The notes beneath the pieces are model-generated. The model saw only the letters and a program-made list of their open reading frames with translations. It searched no databases and had not been told where the DNA came from. A stretch of 64,000 nt of DNA, taken from NCBI GenBank assembly GCA_038060895.1, contig JBBTCT010000009.1, positions 208,082 through 272,081 of the forward strand. Direction: 5' to 3'. Positions 28,872-38,074 of this stretch are shown here, one piece after another; the first letter of the stretch is position 1, and each line of letters starts with the position of its first letter. The DNA is from Planctomycetota bacterium (lineage in GTDB: Bacteria > Planctomycetota > MHYJ01 > WSZJ01). Made by a program: the position numbers and the translations under genes.

Positions 28872-30029
28872 ATGGATGACCTGAAAGACCTCGCCAACCT
28901 GGGGAAACCTGACGAATCGGGGCAGCAGCAGGCCTGGAAGGACATGGAGAAGTTGTTCATCGCCATGACCAAGAACAAGGCGAGCGACCTGCACCTCAAG
29001 CCGGGGATGCGTCCCGTGTTCCGCATCGCGACGGTGCTTCATGACGTCGGGAACCGGCCGCTGAAATACGACGAAGTGAAGCGGATGATCTACGAAATCC
29101 TTTCCGAGTCGCAGATCGACCAGTACGAGCGCGAGCTGGACCTCGATTTTGCGTATTCGATCCAGGGGTACGGGCGATATCGCGTGAACATTTTCCACGA
29201 CCGCGGCAACCCGGCGATGGCGGTCCGGCGCGTGAACACGGAAATCCCGAGCTTCGAGATGCTGAATCTCCCGCCGGGCGTGAAGAAGATTCCGACATTC
29301 AACCAGGGGCTGGTGATCGTGGCCGGCGCGACGGGCTCAGGGAAGTCCACGACGCTGGCGTCGATCCTGAATTACGTGAACGAGACGCGCAGGGTCCACA
29401 TCATCACGGTCGAGGACCCGATCGAGTACCTGTTCGAGGACAAGAAGTCGTTCCTCAACCAGCGCGAAGTCGGCATCGATGTCACCAGCTTCCAGAGCGC
29501 GCTCAAGCACGTCGTGCGCCAGAACCCCGACGTGATCCTCGTCGGCGAAATGCGCGACCACGCGTCGTTCGACGCGGCGCTTCAGGCCGCCGAAACGGGG
29601 CACCTCGTGTTCGGCACCATCCACGCCTCAAGCTCGGCGGGGACCGTCGGCCGAGTCCTCGATCTGTTCCCGACCGAGCGCCAGGACCTCATCCGGCAGG
29701 GACTCGTGTTCAACCTGAAGTGCATCGTCTGCCAGAAGCTGCTTCCGTCGTGCAAGGAAGGCGTCCGAATGGTTCCTGCGGTCGAGTTGCTGATGGTGAA
29801 CTCGACGGTTCAGAAAATGATCGCGCAGCGCGAGGACAAGAAGCTCAGCGACATCGTCCGCGGCGGCGCGGAAGAAGGCATGCAGGACTTCAACCAGTCG
29901 CTCGTCGCCCTCATTAACCAGGGCCTGATCACCAAGAAGGTCGGCCTCGCGTTCTCGCCGAACCCGGAGCAGTTGAAGATGAACCTGCAGGGGATTTACC
30001 TTGGAGAAGACCACAAGATCCTTGGGTAA
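28872..30029 (+). CDS. pilT: Type IV pilus retraction ATPase, PilT/PilU family
   Basis: ASDLHL, GATGSGKST, TVEDPIE, RQNPDVILVGEMRD, AAETGHLVFGTIH. Confidence 0.93.
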   Translation: MDDLKDLANLGKPDESGQQQAWKDMEKLFIAMTKNKASDLHLKPGMRPVFRIATVLHDVGNRPLKYDEVKRMIYEILSESQIDQYERELDLDFAYSIQGYGRYRVNIFHDRGNPAMAVRRVNTEIPSFEMLNLPPGVKKIPTFNQGLVIVAGATGSGKSTTLASILNYVNETRRVHIITVEDPIEYLFEDKKSFLNQREVGIDVTSFQSALKHVVRQNPDVILVGEMRDHASFDAALQAAETGHLVFGTIHASSSAGTVGRVLDLFPTERQDLIRQGLVFNLKCIVCQKLLPSCKEGVRMVPAVELLMVNSTVQKMIAQREDKKLSDIVRGGAEEGMQDFNQSLVALINQGLITKKVGLAFSPNPEQLKMNLQGIYLGEDHKILG

Positions 30030-30067
30030 GGCAGTTCGTAGTAGGTAGTTGGAAGTGAGTAGTGACA

Positions 30068-30095
30068 AGGGCCCTGCTTCGGCGGGGCCTTTTTT
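30068..30095 (+). terminator. Rho-independent terminator
   Basis: GGCCCTGC-TTCG-GCGGGGCC followed by a T run. Confidence 0.85.
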
Positions 30096-30105
30096 CGTCC
30101 GAGCA

Positions 30106-31143
30106 CTAGTTGGCGAGCGGTGAATGACCGGCGTCCGGCGGTGTCGGAGGCGCGACTTTTTCAGCGCGGACCTCTGCCAACGCCTGACGAAGGGCGTCGT
30201 CCTCAGGATGGGACGCCAAGCGTGTTTCGCCGATCGCGATCGCCAGGTCGAAGCGGCGATCGGACCGAAGCAGAGCGAAGATTGCGAGCAGCGTCGGAGA
30301 TGATCGGGGATTGGGGAATAACTTCCGATACAGCCACCTGGCAAGGCGCCAGGACTTTGGAAGCAGATACAGCCCGAACAGGACGAGGAAAAACCAGATC
30401 GCGGCATTCGAACTACCAGGGGTCCTGATCCGATGGGAGACCACGACGCAGATCATCAAGAGCCCGACCATGACGAAGAGTGCCGTCGTGAAGGTCGAGG
30501 ATTGCCGCGACTTCTCGCGCGTTTCCAGTGCTCGCAGCAACGCGCGGTGATCTTGCAATTCCTCACGCTCCACGGGGGGAAGTGACTCCGGGGCAATCGC
30601 CTCGCACAGCAGGATGGCCTCATTCAGGTTACCCATCCTGGAGTTCAGCTTCGACAAGCGGTACCGCGTTCTCGAGTCACCCCCATCGGATTTCAGGGCG
30701 ACCTGAGCGAGTGCGATGGCTTCCGCTCGGAATCCGAAGAGGTCCAGTGCATCTACTATGTCTGTTGCGGGCGCGCCCGGAGCGAGGAGCACAGGGCGCA
30801 GCGTCATGACCACGGACAGCCCGGCCGCGACGAGGAGGAAGACAACGGCTGCAGCATTCAGCCACGGATACCAGACCGGAGGGACCCATGGCCTCGCAAT
30901 CCAGCACAGCAGTGATGCCGCAAAGTGCACTGCCCCGAGCCCTCTCCGAAGGTACTGCGAGTCTCCAGAGCGCTTTGATCGCCGGATGCCACGGAGAAGT
31001 GCGAGTCCCGCCCAGAAGATGACGAGGGACCCGACCAGGACCGAAACACCCCGGTAATCCTGCCAATACTCCGGATCGAGCAGATCCGCCAAGGCGCACT
31101 TCACGAGAAGATCATAGCAGCAAGTTGCGAGGGCCATTCCCAA
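30106..31143 (-). CDS. Membrane protein with TPR-like segments (start uncertain)
   Basis: About 5 TM helices; RYRLSKLNSRMGNLNEAI is TPR-like. Confidence 0.6.
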   Translation of the reverse strand: MGMALATCCYDLLVKCALADLLDPEYWQDYRGVSVLVGSLVIFWAGLALLRGIRRSKRSGDSQYLRRGLGAVHFAASLLCWIARPWVPPVWYPWLNAAAVVFLLVAAGLSVVMTLRPVLLAPGAPATDIVDALDLFGFRAEAIALAQVALKSDGGDSRTRYRLSKLNSRMGNLNEAILLCEAIAPESLPPVEREELQDHRALLRALETREKSRQSSTFTTALFVMVGLLMICVVVSHRIRTPGSSNAAIWFFLVLFGLYLLPKSWRLARWLYRKLFPNPRSSPTLLAIFALLRSDRRFDLAIAIGETRLASHPEDDALRQALAEVRAEKVAPPTPPDAGHSPLAN

Positions 31144-31175
31144 CTGCTCCCGCTTCTGGCATCCTCTCTCCCCGC

Positions 31176-32570
31176 ATGAAATTCTTCCGCGTCCGCCTTT
31201 CTTCTCCCGCCTCCTCCGCCGAGGATGCCGCCGCTTCGCTGGCGGAGGTCGGCTGCAGCGGCGTGCACATCAAGGAGGGCGAGCCTTCGATCCTCGAAGC
31301 GCACTTCATCAAGGAAGTTGCCACCGAGGCCGCGGCGGTCGCGACGGCCTGGGGCGCGAAGGTGGAGAGCGCGGAGTGGGTGGAAGAGGACGACTGGACG
31401 GATGCGTGGAAGAAGCGGGCTCTTCCGATGGTGATCGGGGGGTGGTATGTGCATCCGTCGTTCGAGGGGCCGAAGGCGGGGATGAGGAATCTGAAGATCG
31501 ACCCGGGGATGGCGTTCGGGTCGGGGGACCATGCGACGACGCGGCTGATGCTGCTGGAGATGGAAGAGATGGTGAAGGTGCGGCCGCTGGGGCGGGTGGT
31601 GGACCTGGGGACGGGCTCGGGGATTCTGGCGATGGCGGCGATCCAGCTCGGGGCGACGGAGGTCATCGCGTGCGACGTGGACCGGCGGGCGCTCGACGAG
31701 GCGAGGAAGAACGTGAAGGAGAACGGGATCGAGCGGGTGCACTTTCTGGAAGGATCGCTGTCAAAGTGTCCCGGGAAGTTCGACTCGATCATTGCGAACG
31801 TGACGACGGACGTGCACCTGAAGCGGAGCGGGGACTACCCGAAGAAACTGGCGCCGGGCGGGCGGGCGCGGCTGGGGGGAGTTCGTGCGGACGAGTCGGA
31901 TTCGGTGGCGTCGGTGACGGGGACGGAGCTGTCGCGGGCCTGTGAAGGGTGGACGGTGCTGAAGTATCCGGGGGAGGCGACGATGGCGCCGCCGCCGGAC
32001 CTTCCCGAGGACGGCGTGGCGACGCCGGTGGTGCCGGTGGGAAAGAGCTCTCCCGGTGCGAAGCGCTCCGAGGATCCGCCGACGTTTCTTCCCGGGCAGA
32101 TCCAGCCGGGGGCGTTCCGCGACGCGGAGCCTGCGGCCGTTGCCCCGCCACCTGCGAAGCCGGTGGAGCGGAGGCGCGGCGCGTTTCATCACATGGACCT
32201 GAACGTGTCAAACCTCGAGGACTCGCGTCTGTTTTATGCGCGGGTGCTGCCGCGATTCGGATTTGAGCGGGGAGAGACCGGGGCCGACGGTGTGACGTTC
32301 ACCCACGGCGACTTTCACCTGACGCTTCGCCAGACGAAGGACCCGTGGCGGACGAACGGGTTTCACCGGAAGGGCGTGGGCGTGAACCATATCGCGTTCG
32401 CGGCGCCGTCGAAGGAAGCGGTGGACGTGCTGAACGAGTGGCTGATGTGGGAGGGGATTGCGGTGCTGTACGGGGGGCCGATGGAAAAGGGGACCGCGGA
32501 AGCGCCGAACTATGCGGTTTATTTTGAAGATCCGGATCGGCTGAAGCTGGAATACGTCTTTCGTCCCTGA
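31176..32570 (+). CDS. prmA: Ribosomal protein L11 methyltransferase fused to a VOC/glyoxalase domain
   Basis: IDPGMAFGSGDHATT and DLGTGSGIL; Pro-rich linker; then FHHMDLNV...GVNHIAF...YFEDPDRLKLE. Confidence 0.85.
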   Translation: MKFFRVRLSSPASSAEDAAASLAEVGCSGVHIKEGEPSILEAHFIKEVATEAAAVATAWGAKVESAEWVEEDDWTDAWKKRALPMVIGGWYVHPSFEGPKAGMRNLKIDPGMAFGSGDHATTRLMLLEMEEMVKVRPLGRVVDLGTGSGILAMAAIQLGATEVIACDVDRRALDEARKNVKENGIERVHFLEGSLSKCPGKFDSIIANVTTDVHLKRSGDYPKKLAPGGRARLGGVRADESDSVASVTGTELSRACEGWTVLKYPGEATMAPPPDLPEDGVATPVVPVGKSSPGAKRSEDPPTFLPGQIQPGAFRDAEPAAVAPPPAKPVERRRGAFHHMDLNVSNLEDSRLFYARVLPRFGFERGETGADGVTFTHGDFHLTLRQTKDPWRTNGFHRKGVGVNHIAFAAPSKEAVDVLNEWLMWEGIAVLYGGPMEKGTAEAPNYAVYFEDPDRLKLEYVFRP

Positions 32571-32590
32571 ACAGTGCGGATCCGCGCGAA

Positions 32591-33964
32591 TCAGGCCTGG
32601 GGCGCACTCTTCCGGCTTTTCGCCCACATCAGAGCGACGCCTGCGAACAGGAAACCCCACATGACGGGCAGCCAGCCCATCGGGCGCTTGTCGGGGGTCA
32701 ACGCGACGAGTTGAGCTTTCAGCTCCCTGGCATCGCGCTCGAACGAGGAGCGGACGCGCCGGCAATTCTCGGAGGAGACGCCGTGCGCGAGTGAGCCGAG
32801 CTCGTGGATGCTCCCGTCGAGCGCGGCCAGCGCCTCGCACCCTTCGCCGAGGTCGTGTCCCCGCTTCTGCGCCTTGTCCAGGAGCTGGTGAAGTTCCCGG
32901 AGGTCTTCGCGCGTCTTCGCGGAAATGTCCGAGATCTGGTTGCCGGCCTCCAGTTCCTTCGTCCCAGGCTCGTGGCACTTGCCGCAGGTCTTCGCCGCGA
33001 ACGGCGCTTCCGGCCTCCGCGCACCGTGTGCGCCGTGGCAGTGCTCGCAGTTTACCGGCGACGCCACGCCGCTCTGCGGGTCGGTCCAGGTCGCTTTGCC
33101 GTGCGGGCCCGCGGCGAGTTCCCGCGCCGGGCCCTCGTGGCAGCGCCCGCACAAGGCGCCCATCTCGTCGAAGCCCGGGACGCGCGCGAAGTGCGGACCG
33201 TGGCAAGCGGCGCACGAGGGAGCTCCGTCCTTGAGCGTCCGCGCGTGAGGCGAGCCGTCGAACTTCGCGACGAGCCCGTGGCTCAAGCCGTGGCTCTTCA
33301 TCACCTTCTCGTCGGAATGGCAGCGCCCGCACGTCGCGGATTGCCGCGTCACGTGGGTTTCGCTCGCGGGATTGGAAGAGCGAAGGGACTCATGCGCGTT
33401 GTGGCAATCGACGCAGGACGCCCCGTCTTCTTCCTTCTCTTCCAGCACGTTGTGCGCGTGCTTGCTTTTCGCGTACAGCGCCATCGCGTCCGCGCGCAGG
33501 CCGCTCCGCGCCATCTGCCCCGCGTCGCCGTGGCAGCGCGCGCAGGTTGCACCGACGTTCAGCTTCTTCGTCGGCGCATCTCCTTCGCCGCAGTCCACGA
33601 TCGAATGCGACGAAGGTGCGGCCGTCCGCGTGTGGCAGGAAGCACACGACGCCCCCGCCGGGTCTCCCTTCAGCATCCCCTCGATGTGCGGCGAGAGCTT
33701 CCACGCGTCCGTCGCCTTCTTGTGGCAGTCGCCGCACATCACGGCGAGCTGAAGCGGCTGCGGCCTGCCGATGAACTTCTTTGCCTCGGAATGCGACGCT
33801 TCCATTTCGGCGGCCGAAGGATCTCCGTTGTGGCAGTCGGCGCAGGAGAGCATGGGGTGGGCGGAATTCTCGACGGGCGCCTGCTGCGCGTCGTGGCATT
33901 CGATGCAGGTGTTCTGGGCATCGGCGGCGGCTGCGAGGAGAAGGAGAAGAAGGAGACGGTTCAT
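32591..33964 (-). CDS. Multihaem cytochrome c (11 CxxCH) with C-terminal membrane anchor
   Basis: Signal peptide; CIECH, CADCH, CGDCH, CASCH, CARCH, CVDCH, CGRCH, CAACH, CGRCH, CEHCH, CGKCH; coiled coil and terminal TM. Confidence 0.92.
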   Translation of the reverse strand: MNRLLLLLLLAAAADAQNTCIECHDAQQAPVENSAHPMLSCADCHNGDPSAAEMEASHSEAKKFIGRPQPLQLAVMCGDCHKKATDAWKLSPHIEGMLKGDPAGASCASCHTRTAAPSSHSIVDCGEGDAPTKKLNVGATCARCHGDAGQMARSGLRADAMALYAKSKHAHNVLEEKEEDGASCVDCHNAHESLRSSNPASETHVTRQSATCGRCHSDEKVMKSHGLSHGLVAKFDGSPHARTLKDGAPSCAACHGPHFARVPGFDEMGALCGRCHEGPARELAAGPHGKATWTDPQSGVASPVNCEHCHGAHGARRPEAPFAAKTCGKCHEPGTKELEAGNQISDISAKTREDLRELHQLLDKAQKRGHDLGEGCEALAALDGSIHELGSLAHGVSSENCRRVRSSFERDARELKAQLVALTPDKRPMGWLPVMWGFLFAGVALMWAKSRKSAPQA

Positions 33965-35112
33965 TTCGGCCTCCCGTAGGTGTCGAGCTTCCACTCGCGT
34001 CCGAAGACCCTCTCGCGGTTGTCGGAGACCGCCCCGAGGAACGTGAGAGCGCTCCATACCAGCACGCCGGCCGCGAAAATCGCCAGCGCTCGCTTCCGGT
34101 TTGCGGGACGGCGCTCGGGGGAGCGATCGAGGAAGGGGAGGAGCGCGAACGCCACGACTGCGAGAATCGGGAGAATCTGGCCGACTGTCTCGCCCGGCAT
34201 GCCGAGCACGCGCCCAGGCCAGTACTTCAGGTACTGGAAAAGCGCGAGGAAGAACCACTCGGGGCGAAGGCCGTCCGGTGTCGCGCCGCCGGCTTTCGGT
34301 GCGGGACCCGCCGGAAACAGCGCGGAGACGGTGATCAGCACCCCCGCCGTGACCGTCGCGGCTGCGGCGGCGCGCAGGGCGAGATGCGGGATCCACGGCG
34401 CGCCGCCCTCACTGCAGGCCGTGTGGCCCTTTTCCTGCTCCTCGTCCGTGCGGACCGCGGGCGCGAGCCCGAGTCGCCGCACCAGCCGCAGGTGCATCCA
34501 GAGGAGCAGGGCGAGCAGGGCGGGGAGGACGACGACGTGGAGCGCATAGAAGCGCGTAAGGGTTGAGGCGCCGATTTCGTCGCCGCCGCGAAGAAGGCGC
34601 GCGACGAGGCCTCCGACGAGCGGCGCTTCTTCGGTATGGCCGAGGCGCACGGCGGTTCCCCAGCAGGCCTCGTTGGTCCACGGGAGAAGGTGTCCCGTGA
34701 CCGAGAAGCCGAGCACGACGAAGAGGGCGAGGGCCCCCGCGACCCAGGTCAGCTCCCGGGGGCGCTTGTGGCCTCCCGAAATAAAAACCTTGGCTGCGTG
34801 CAGAAGCGCGAGCCCGACCAGCGCGTGCGTTCCCCAGGCGTGCACGGAAAGCCAGAGCCACCCGAGCGGCACCGAGTCCCGGATCTGCGCCACGCTCGCG
34901 TGCGCCGCTTCCGGCGTCGCCCTGTAATGGAACGCCAGGACGATACCGCTGACGCATTCCATTCCGAGGACTGTCAGCGCCATCACCCCCAGCGTCGCGC
35001 CCCACCCGACGTTCGGCGGCTGCGGGCGCGTCGCGTCCGCCACCACGCGGTCGCGCGATTCGCGCCACCCGGTGCGCCGGTCGAGGCCGTCGAGGAATCC
35101 GCCCCAGCTCAA
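33961..35112 (-). CDS. Cytochrome b subunit of a Rieske/cytochrome b complex
   Basis: Haem His pairs (VHAWG..LLH; ALH..MH), RELTWVAG, LLPW, RPEWFF Qo motif; TTG start overlaps the Rieske stop. Confidence 0.92.
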   Translation of the reverse strand: MSWGGFLDGLDRRTGWRESRDRVVADATRPQPPNVGWGATLGVMALTVLGMECVSGIVLAFHYRATPEAAHASVAQIRDSVPLGWLWLSVHAWGTHALVGLALLHAAKVFISGGHKRPRELTWVAGALALFVVLGFSVTGHLLPWTNEACWGTAVRLGHTEEAPLVGGLVARLLRGGDEIGASTLTRFYALHVVVLPALLALLLWMHLRLVRRLGLAPAVRTDEEQEKGHTACSEGGAPWIPHLALRAAAAATVTAGVLITVSALFPAGPAPKAGGATPDGLRPEWFFLALFQYLKYWPGRVLGMPGETVGQILPILAVVAFALLPFLDRSPERRPANRKRALAIFAAGVLVWSALTFLGAVSDNRERVFGREWKLDTYGRPK

Positions 35113-35522
35113 CCCGTCACCTCCCACGAATCGCCGGCGTCGATGACCGTGAAGCGGCGAAGGTCCGCGGGGGGCGGCCCGGAGAGGCGGCGCCCCTCCG
35201 GGTCGAAGGTCCCCTTGTGACACGGGCATAGAAAGCGCTTCTCGGCGTCTTCCCACCGAACGATGCAACGGGCGTGAGTGCAGACGAGGGAGAGCGCGAC
35301 GGCGCCCGAGCCGGACACGACCAGGACGAAGGGCGTGCCTCGCAGGGAACCAGCCGCGCGTCCGCCCGCCACGGCCGACTTGGGGATGCGCGTCGTCGAA
35401 GGGGGTTCTTCGCGGGGCCACAGCGCCGCGCCTGCTGCCGCGGCGCCGCCCACGGCCGCGGTCGCGGCCCACGCCCCAAGGGCGCGATTGAGGAAATCTC
35501 TTCGGCTGGTCGGCTCGTCCAT
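35109..35522 (-). CDS. Rieske iron-sulfur subunit (Tat-exported)
   Basis: SRRDFL twin-Arg motif; CTHARC...CPCH; GPPP. Confidence 0.93.
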   Translation of the reverse strand: MDEPTSRRDFLNRALGAWAATAAVGGAAAAGAALWPREEPPSTTRIPKSAVAGGRAAGSLRGTPFVLVVSGSGAVALSLVCTHARCIVRWEDAEKRFLCPCHKGTFDPEGRRLSGPPPADLRRFTVIDAGDSWEVTG

Positions 35523-35565
35523 CGGGTGACACGTTATCGCCGGCGGGCGGAACTCGCCACACGCG

Positions 35566-36825
35566 CTACTTCAGCCGGTAGATCCGCCCTTCCCACGGCT
35601 TCTCCCACGGCCATTCGGGCGGCATCACGACGCTCCATTCAAATTGCAGCCGTTCCTTCGGGATCGCGTCGAAGGACTCGTTTCCGCCCGGCGACGTCGC
35701 CCACGTCAGCGGCGTCCCGGCTGGCATCCGCTTCCATTGGTCGATCCGGATCCACTCGCTTCCCTCGATGCGCGCCACGGTCGAGTGATCGGTCATGACC
35801 CCGCGGACGTGCGCGAGTTTCTGCGCGCCCTTGAAGGAATTGGGGCGGTACCAGGCCGCGAAAAGGGCGCAGGCCGCGGCGACGGCGAGAATCGCGGGAC
35901 GGGCGAATCTGTGCAGGGATTCGAGCCCGAACGCCGCGCAGAGCGCGAGCGCCGGGATCATCGTCACGAGGTATCGCGGCATCCCGTACGAGCCGAGAAT
36001 CCCCGCCGTCCAGAGGATCGAATGGCCCGCGAGGACCGAAGCGCAGACGGCCACCGCGAGCGAGGGGGCGCGCCTCAATCCCGCCGCGGCAGGCTCGACC
36101 AGCACGCCCGCCGCGACCGGGAGCAGAGCGAAGAACGTCCACCAGTGACCGCTTCCGTAATGTGAATGTCCCCAAGGGTGAGGCTGCTGTGCGAAGAGAA
36201 ACCTCGCGTTCCCCGTCGCGGCCCAGCCGGCGAGGTGCCAGAGCAGCGGGGCGGCGGGCAGGCAGGCGAGACCGGCCCAGGAGCGCTTCTTGAGCAGGAA
36301 GGGCGTCCACGCGACCCAGAAAAAGATCGCGTCGAAGCGCGCTAGAAACGCGAAAGAAGCCGCCAACGCGGACCAGGCAAATTTCTCGCGCGACCAGAGG
36401 TAGAGGGCCGCGGCCAGGAAGAGCGCGCAGGATGTTTCGGTCAGGGCGGAGGTGACACCGCGCACCCAGAAGGGGGCGAGGCCGGCAAGCGCTACGGCGA
36501 CGAGCGTTTCGCGCTCCTTCGCGCCGAAGCGCAGCGCGGCGGCGCGGATCAGCGCGAGGGCCGCCGCGGCCAGCGCGGCCTGCACGAGCTTGACGCCGAC
36601 CGCGGCGCCGCCGAACAGGATCACGCCCGCCATGAGCGTGGTCAGCACCGGCTTGTGCCACGGGTCCAGCAGAAACGACGGGTTGTCCAGCGCCCATTTC
36701 GCGCCGAGGTACCGCGCGTCGCTGTCCGCTTCGCTCAGGTAATTGCCGGTTGCGAAGGCGAGCACCGCGTAGACCGAGAACGCGGCGGCGAAGACTGCGA
36801 GGTTCCGGGAAGATTCGACCTTCAC
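35566..36825 (-). CDS. GT-C fold membrane glycosyltransferase (ArnT/PMT-like); start approximate
   Basis: Many TM helices; D..RY, HKP, LTET, LARFD and PRYL..P motifs. Confidence 0.7.
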   Translation of the reverse strand: MKVESSRNLAVFAAAFSVYAVLAFATGNYLSEADSDARYLGAKWALDNPSFLLDPWHKPVLTTLMAGVILFGGAAVGVKLVQAALAAAALALIRAAALRFGAKERETLVAVALAGLAPFWVRGVTSALTETSCALFLAAALYLWSREKFAWSALAASFAFLARFDAIFFWVAWTPFLLKKRSWAGLACLPAAPLLWHLAGWAATGNARFLFAQQPHPWGHSHYGSGHWWTFFALLPVAAGVLVEPAAAGLRRAPSLAVAVCASVLAGHSILWTAGILGSYGMPRYLVTMIPALALCAAFGLESLHRFARPAILAVAAACALFAAWYRPNSFKGAQKLAHVRGVMTDHSTVARIEGSEWIRIDQWKRMPAGTPLTWATSPGGNESFDAIPKERLQFEWSVVMPPEWPWEKPWEGRIYRLK

Positions 36826-37102
36826 GGGCGCGGATGGTATCCGCGCTTCGATTATTCGTCTCGCCGCTAGAGCGTGACAGCCGCCGCGGTGCCGGGGCCC
36901 CGCACGGCGTCTACTGCAAAAACCGTCCGGAAGCAATGCCGCTTCCCGCCACTCGATGATCTGCAGGTCGTCCACTTTCAGCGTGGTCTCGCCCGTGGGG
37001 GGGGATTGAGGGCGACATGAAAGAGCAGCATTCTGGCGGCCAGAGTATCGCGGGTCGCGAGGGATTGCGGGCCGGCGCAATCTCGGCTAGATTGAGGGGT
37101 TT

Positions 37103-38074
37103 ATGCCCTCGGAGATCGTCCTCGGCGTCGACGTCGGCGGAACGGCGATCAAGGCCGGAGCCGTGGACCGGCGGGGGCGGATTGTCGCGAAGCGTGAAGT
37201 TGCGACGCCTTCGGGCGGGCCGGCAAAGGTCGTGGCCCGCGTCGCTGAGGTCGTGAAAGAGCTGGAAGCGGAAGCCGGCCGGGCGCTGGCGGTCGGGATT
37301 GGATGGCCGACGCCGCTCGATCCCGTTCGTGGAGTGGTGCTTTTTGACAACAAGCTGGGAAGTGCCGGGGTCAATGTTGCTGCGCTCGTGGCGCAAGCAA
37401 CGAAGCGCCTGACGTGCATCGAGAACGACGCGAACGCCGCGGCCCTGGCGGAATACCTGTACGGCGCGGCGAAGGGCGCCGGTTCGGTCGTGCTGCTGAC
37501 GCTCGGGACGGGAGTCGGGGGCGGGATCGTTCTGGGCGGGGAGGTCTGGCACGGCCGTGACGGCGCGGCCGGGGAAGTCGGGCACGTGAAAGTTCATCCG
37601 GGCGGGCGGCGGTGCCTGTTCTGCGGCCGGCGCGGATGTCTCGAAGCGTATGCCGGAGCGCAGGCGATTCTCAAGCGGTACCGCGCTTCCGGAAAGAAGG
37701 CCGAAGGAATGAAAGACGTCGTCAACGCGGCTCGCCGCGGTGACCGTCTGGCCGTGACGATCGTGTCGGAGATGGCCGAAATGATCGGGATGGCGGTCGC
37801 GGATCTCGCGAACGTGCTCAATCCCGAGATCGTTGTGATTGGGGGAGGCGTTGCCCGGGCCGGAGACATCCTGTTCCGCCCGATTCGCGCCGCCGTCGCA
37901 AGAGAAGCACTTCCTAATGTTTCAAAAGGCCTTCGCATCGTGCCGGCGAAACTCGGCAACGACGCGGGCCTCCTCGGAGCCGCCGGATGCGCCTGGAAAA
38001 GATTCGGAACTTCTGCATCATCGCCCACATCGACCACGGCAAATCGACGCTCGCGGATCGCCTCCTCGAGCTGA
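37103..38074 (+). CDS. ROK family sugar kinase (glucokinase-like)
   Basis: GVDVGGT, ENDANAAALAE, LGTGVGGG, GEVGH, CxxCG..GCLE. Confidence 0.93.
   Translation: MPSEIVLGVDVGGTAIKAGAVDRRGRIVAKREVATPSGGPAKVVARVAEVVKELEAEAGRALAVGIGWPTPLDPVRGVVLFDNKLGSAGVNVAALVAQATKRLTCIENDANAAALAEYLYGAAKGAGSVVLLTLGTGVGGGIVLGGEVWHGRDGAAGEVGHVKVHPGGRRCLFCGRRGCLEAYAGAQAILKRYRASGKKAEGMKDVVNAARRGDRLAVTIVSEMAEMIGMAVADLANVLNPEIVVIGGGVARAGDILFRPIRAAVAREALPNVSKGLRIVPAKLGNDAGLLGAAGCAWKRFGTSASSPTSTTANRRSRIASSS

Noticed and set aside
23470-31143. Possible horizontally acquired genes (WD40, TPR) with seemingly lower GC
   Set aside because: No integrase, transposase, tRNA or direct repeats; composition could not be quantified by eye.
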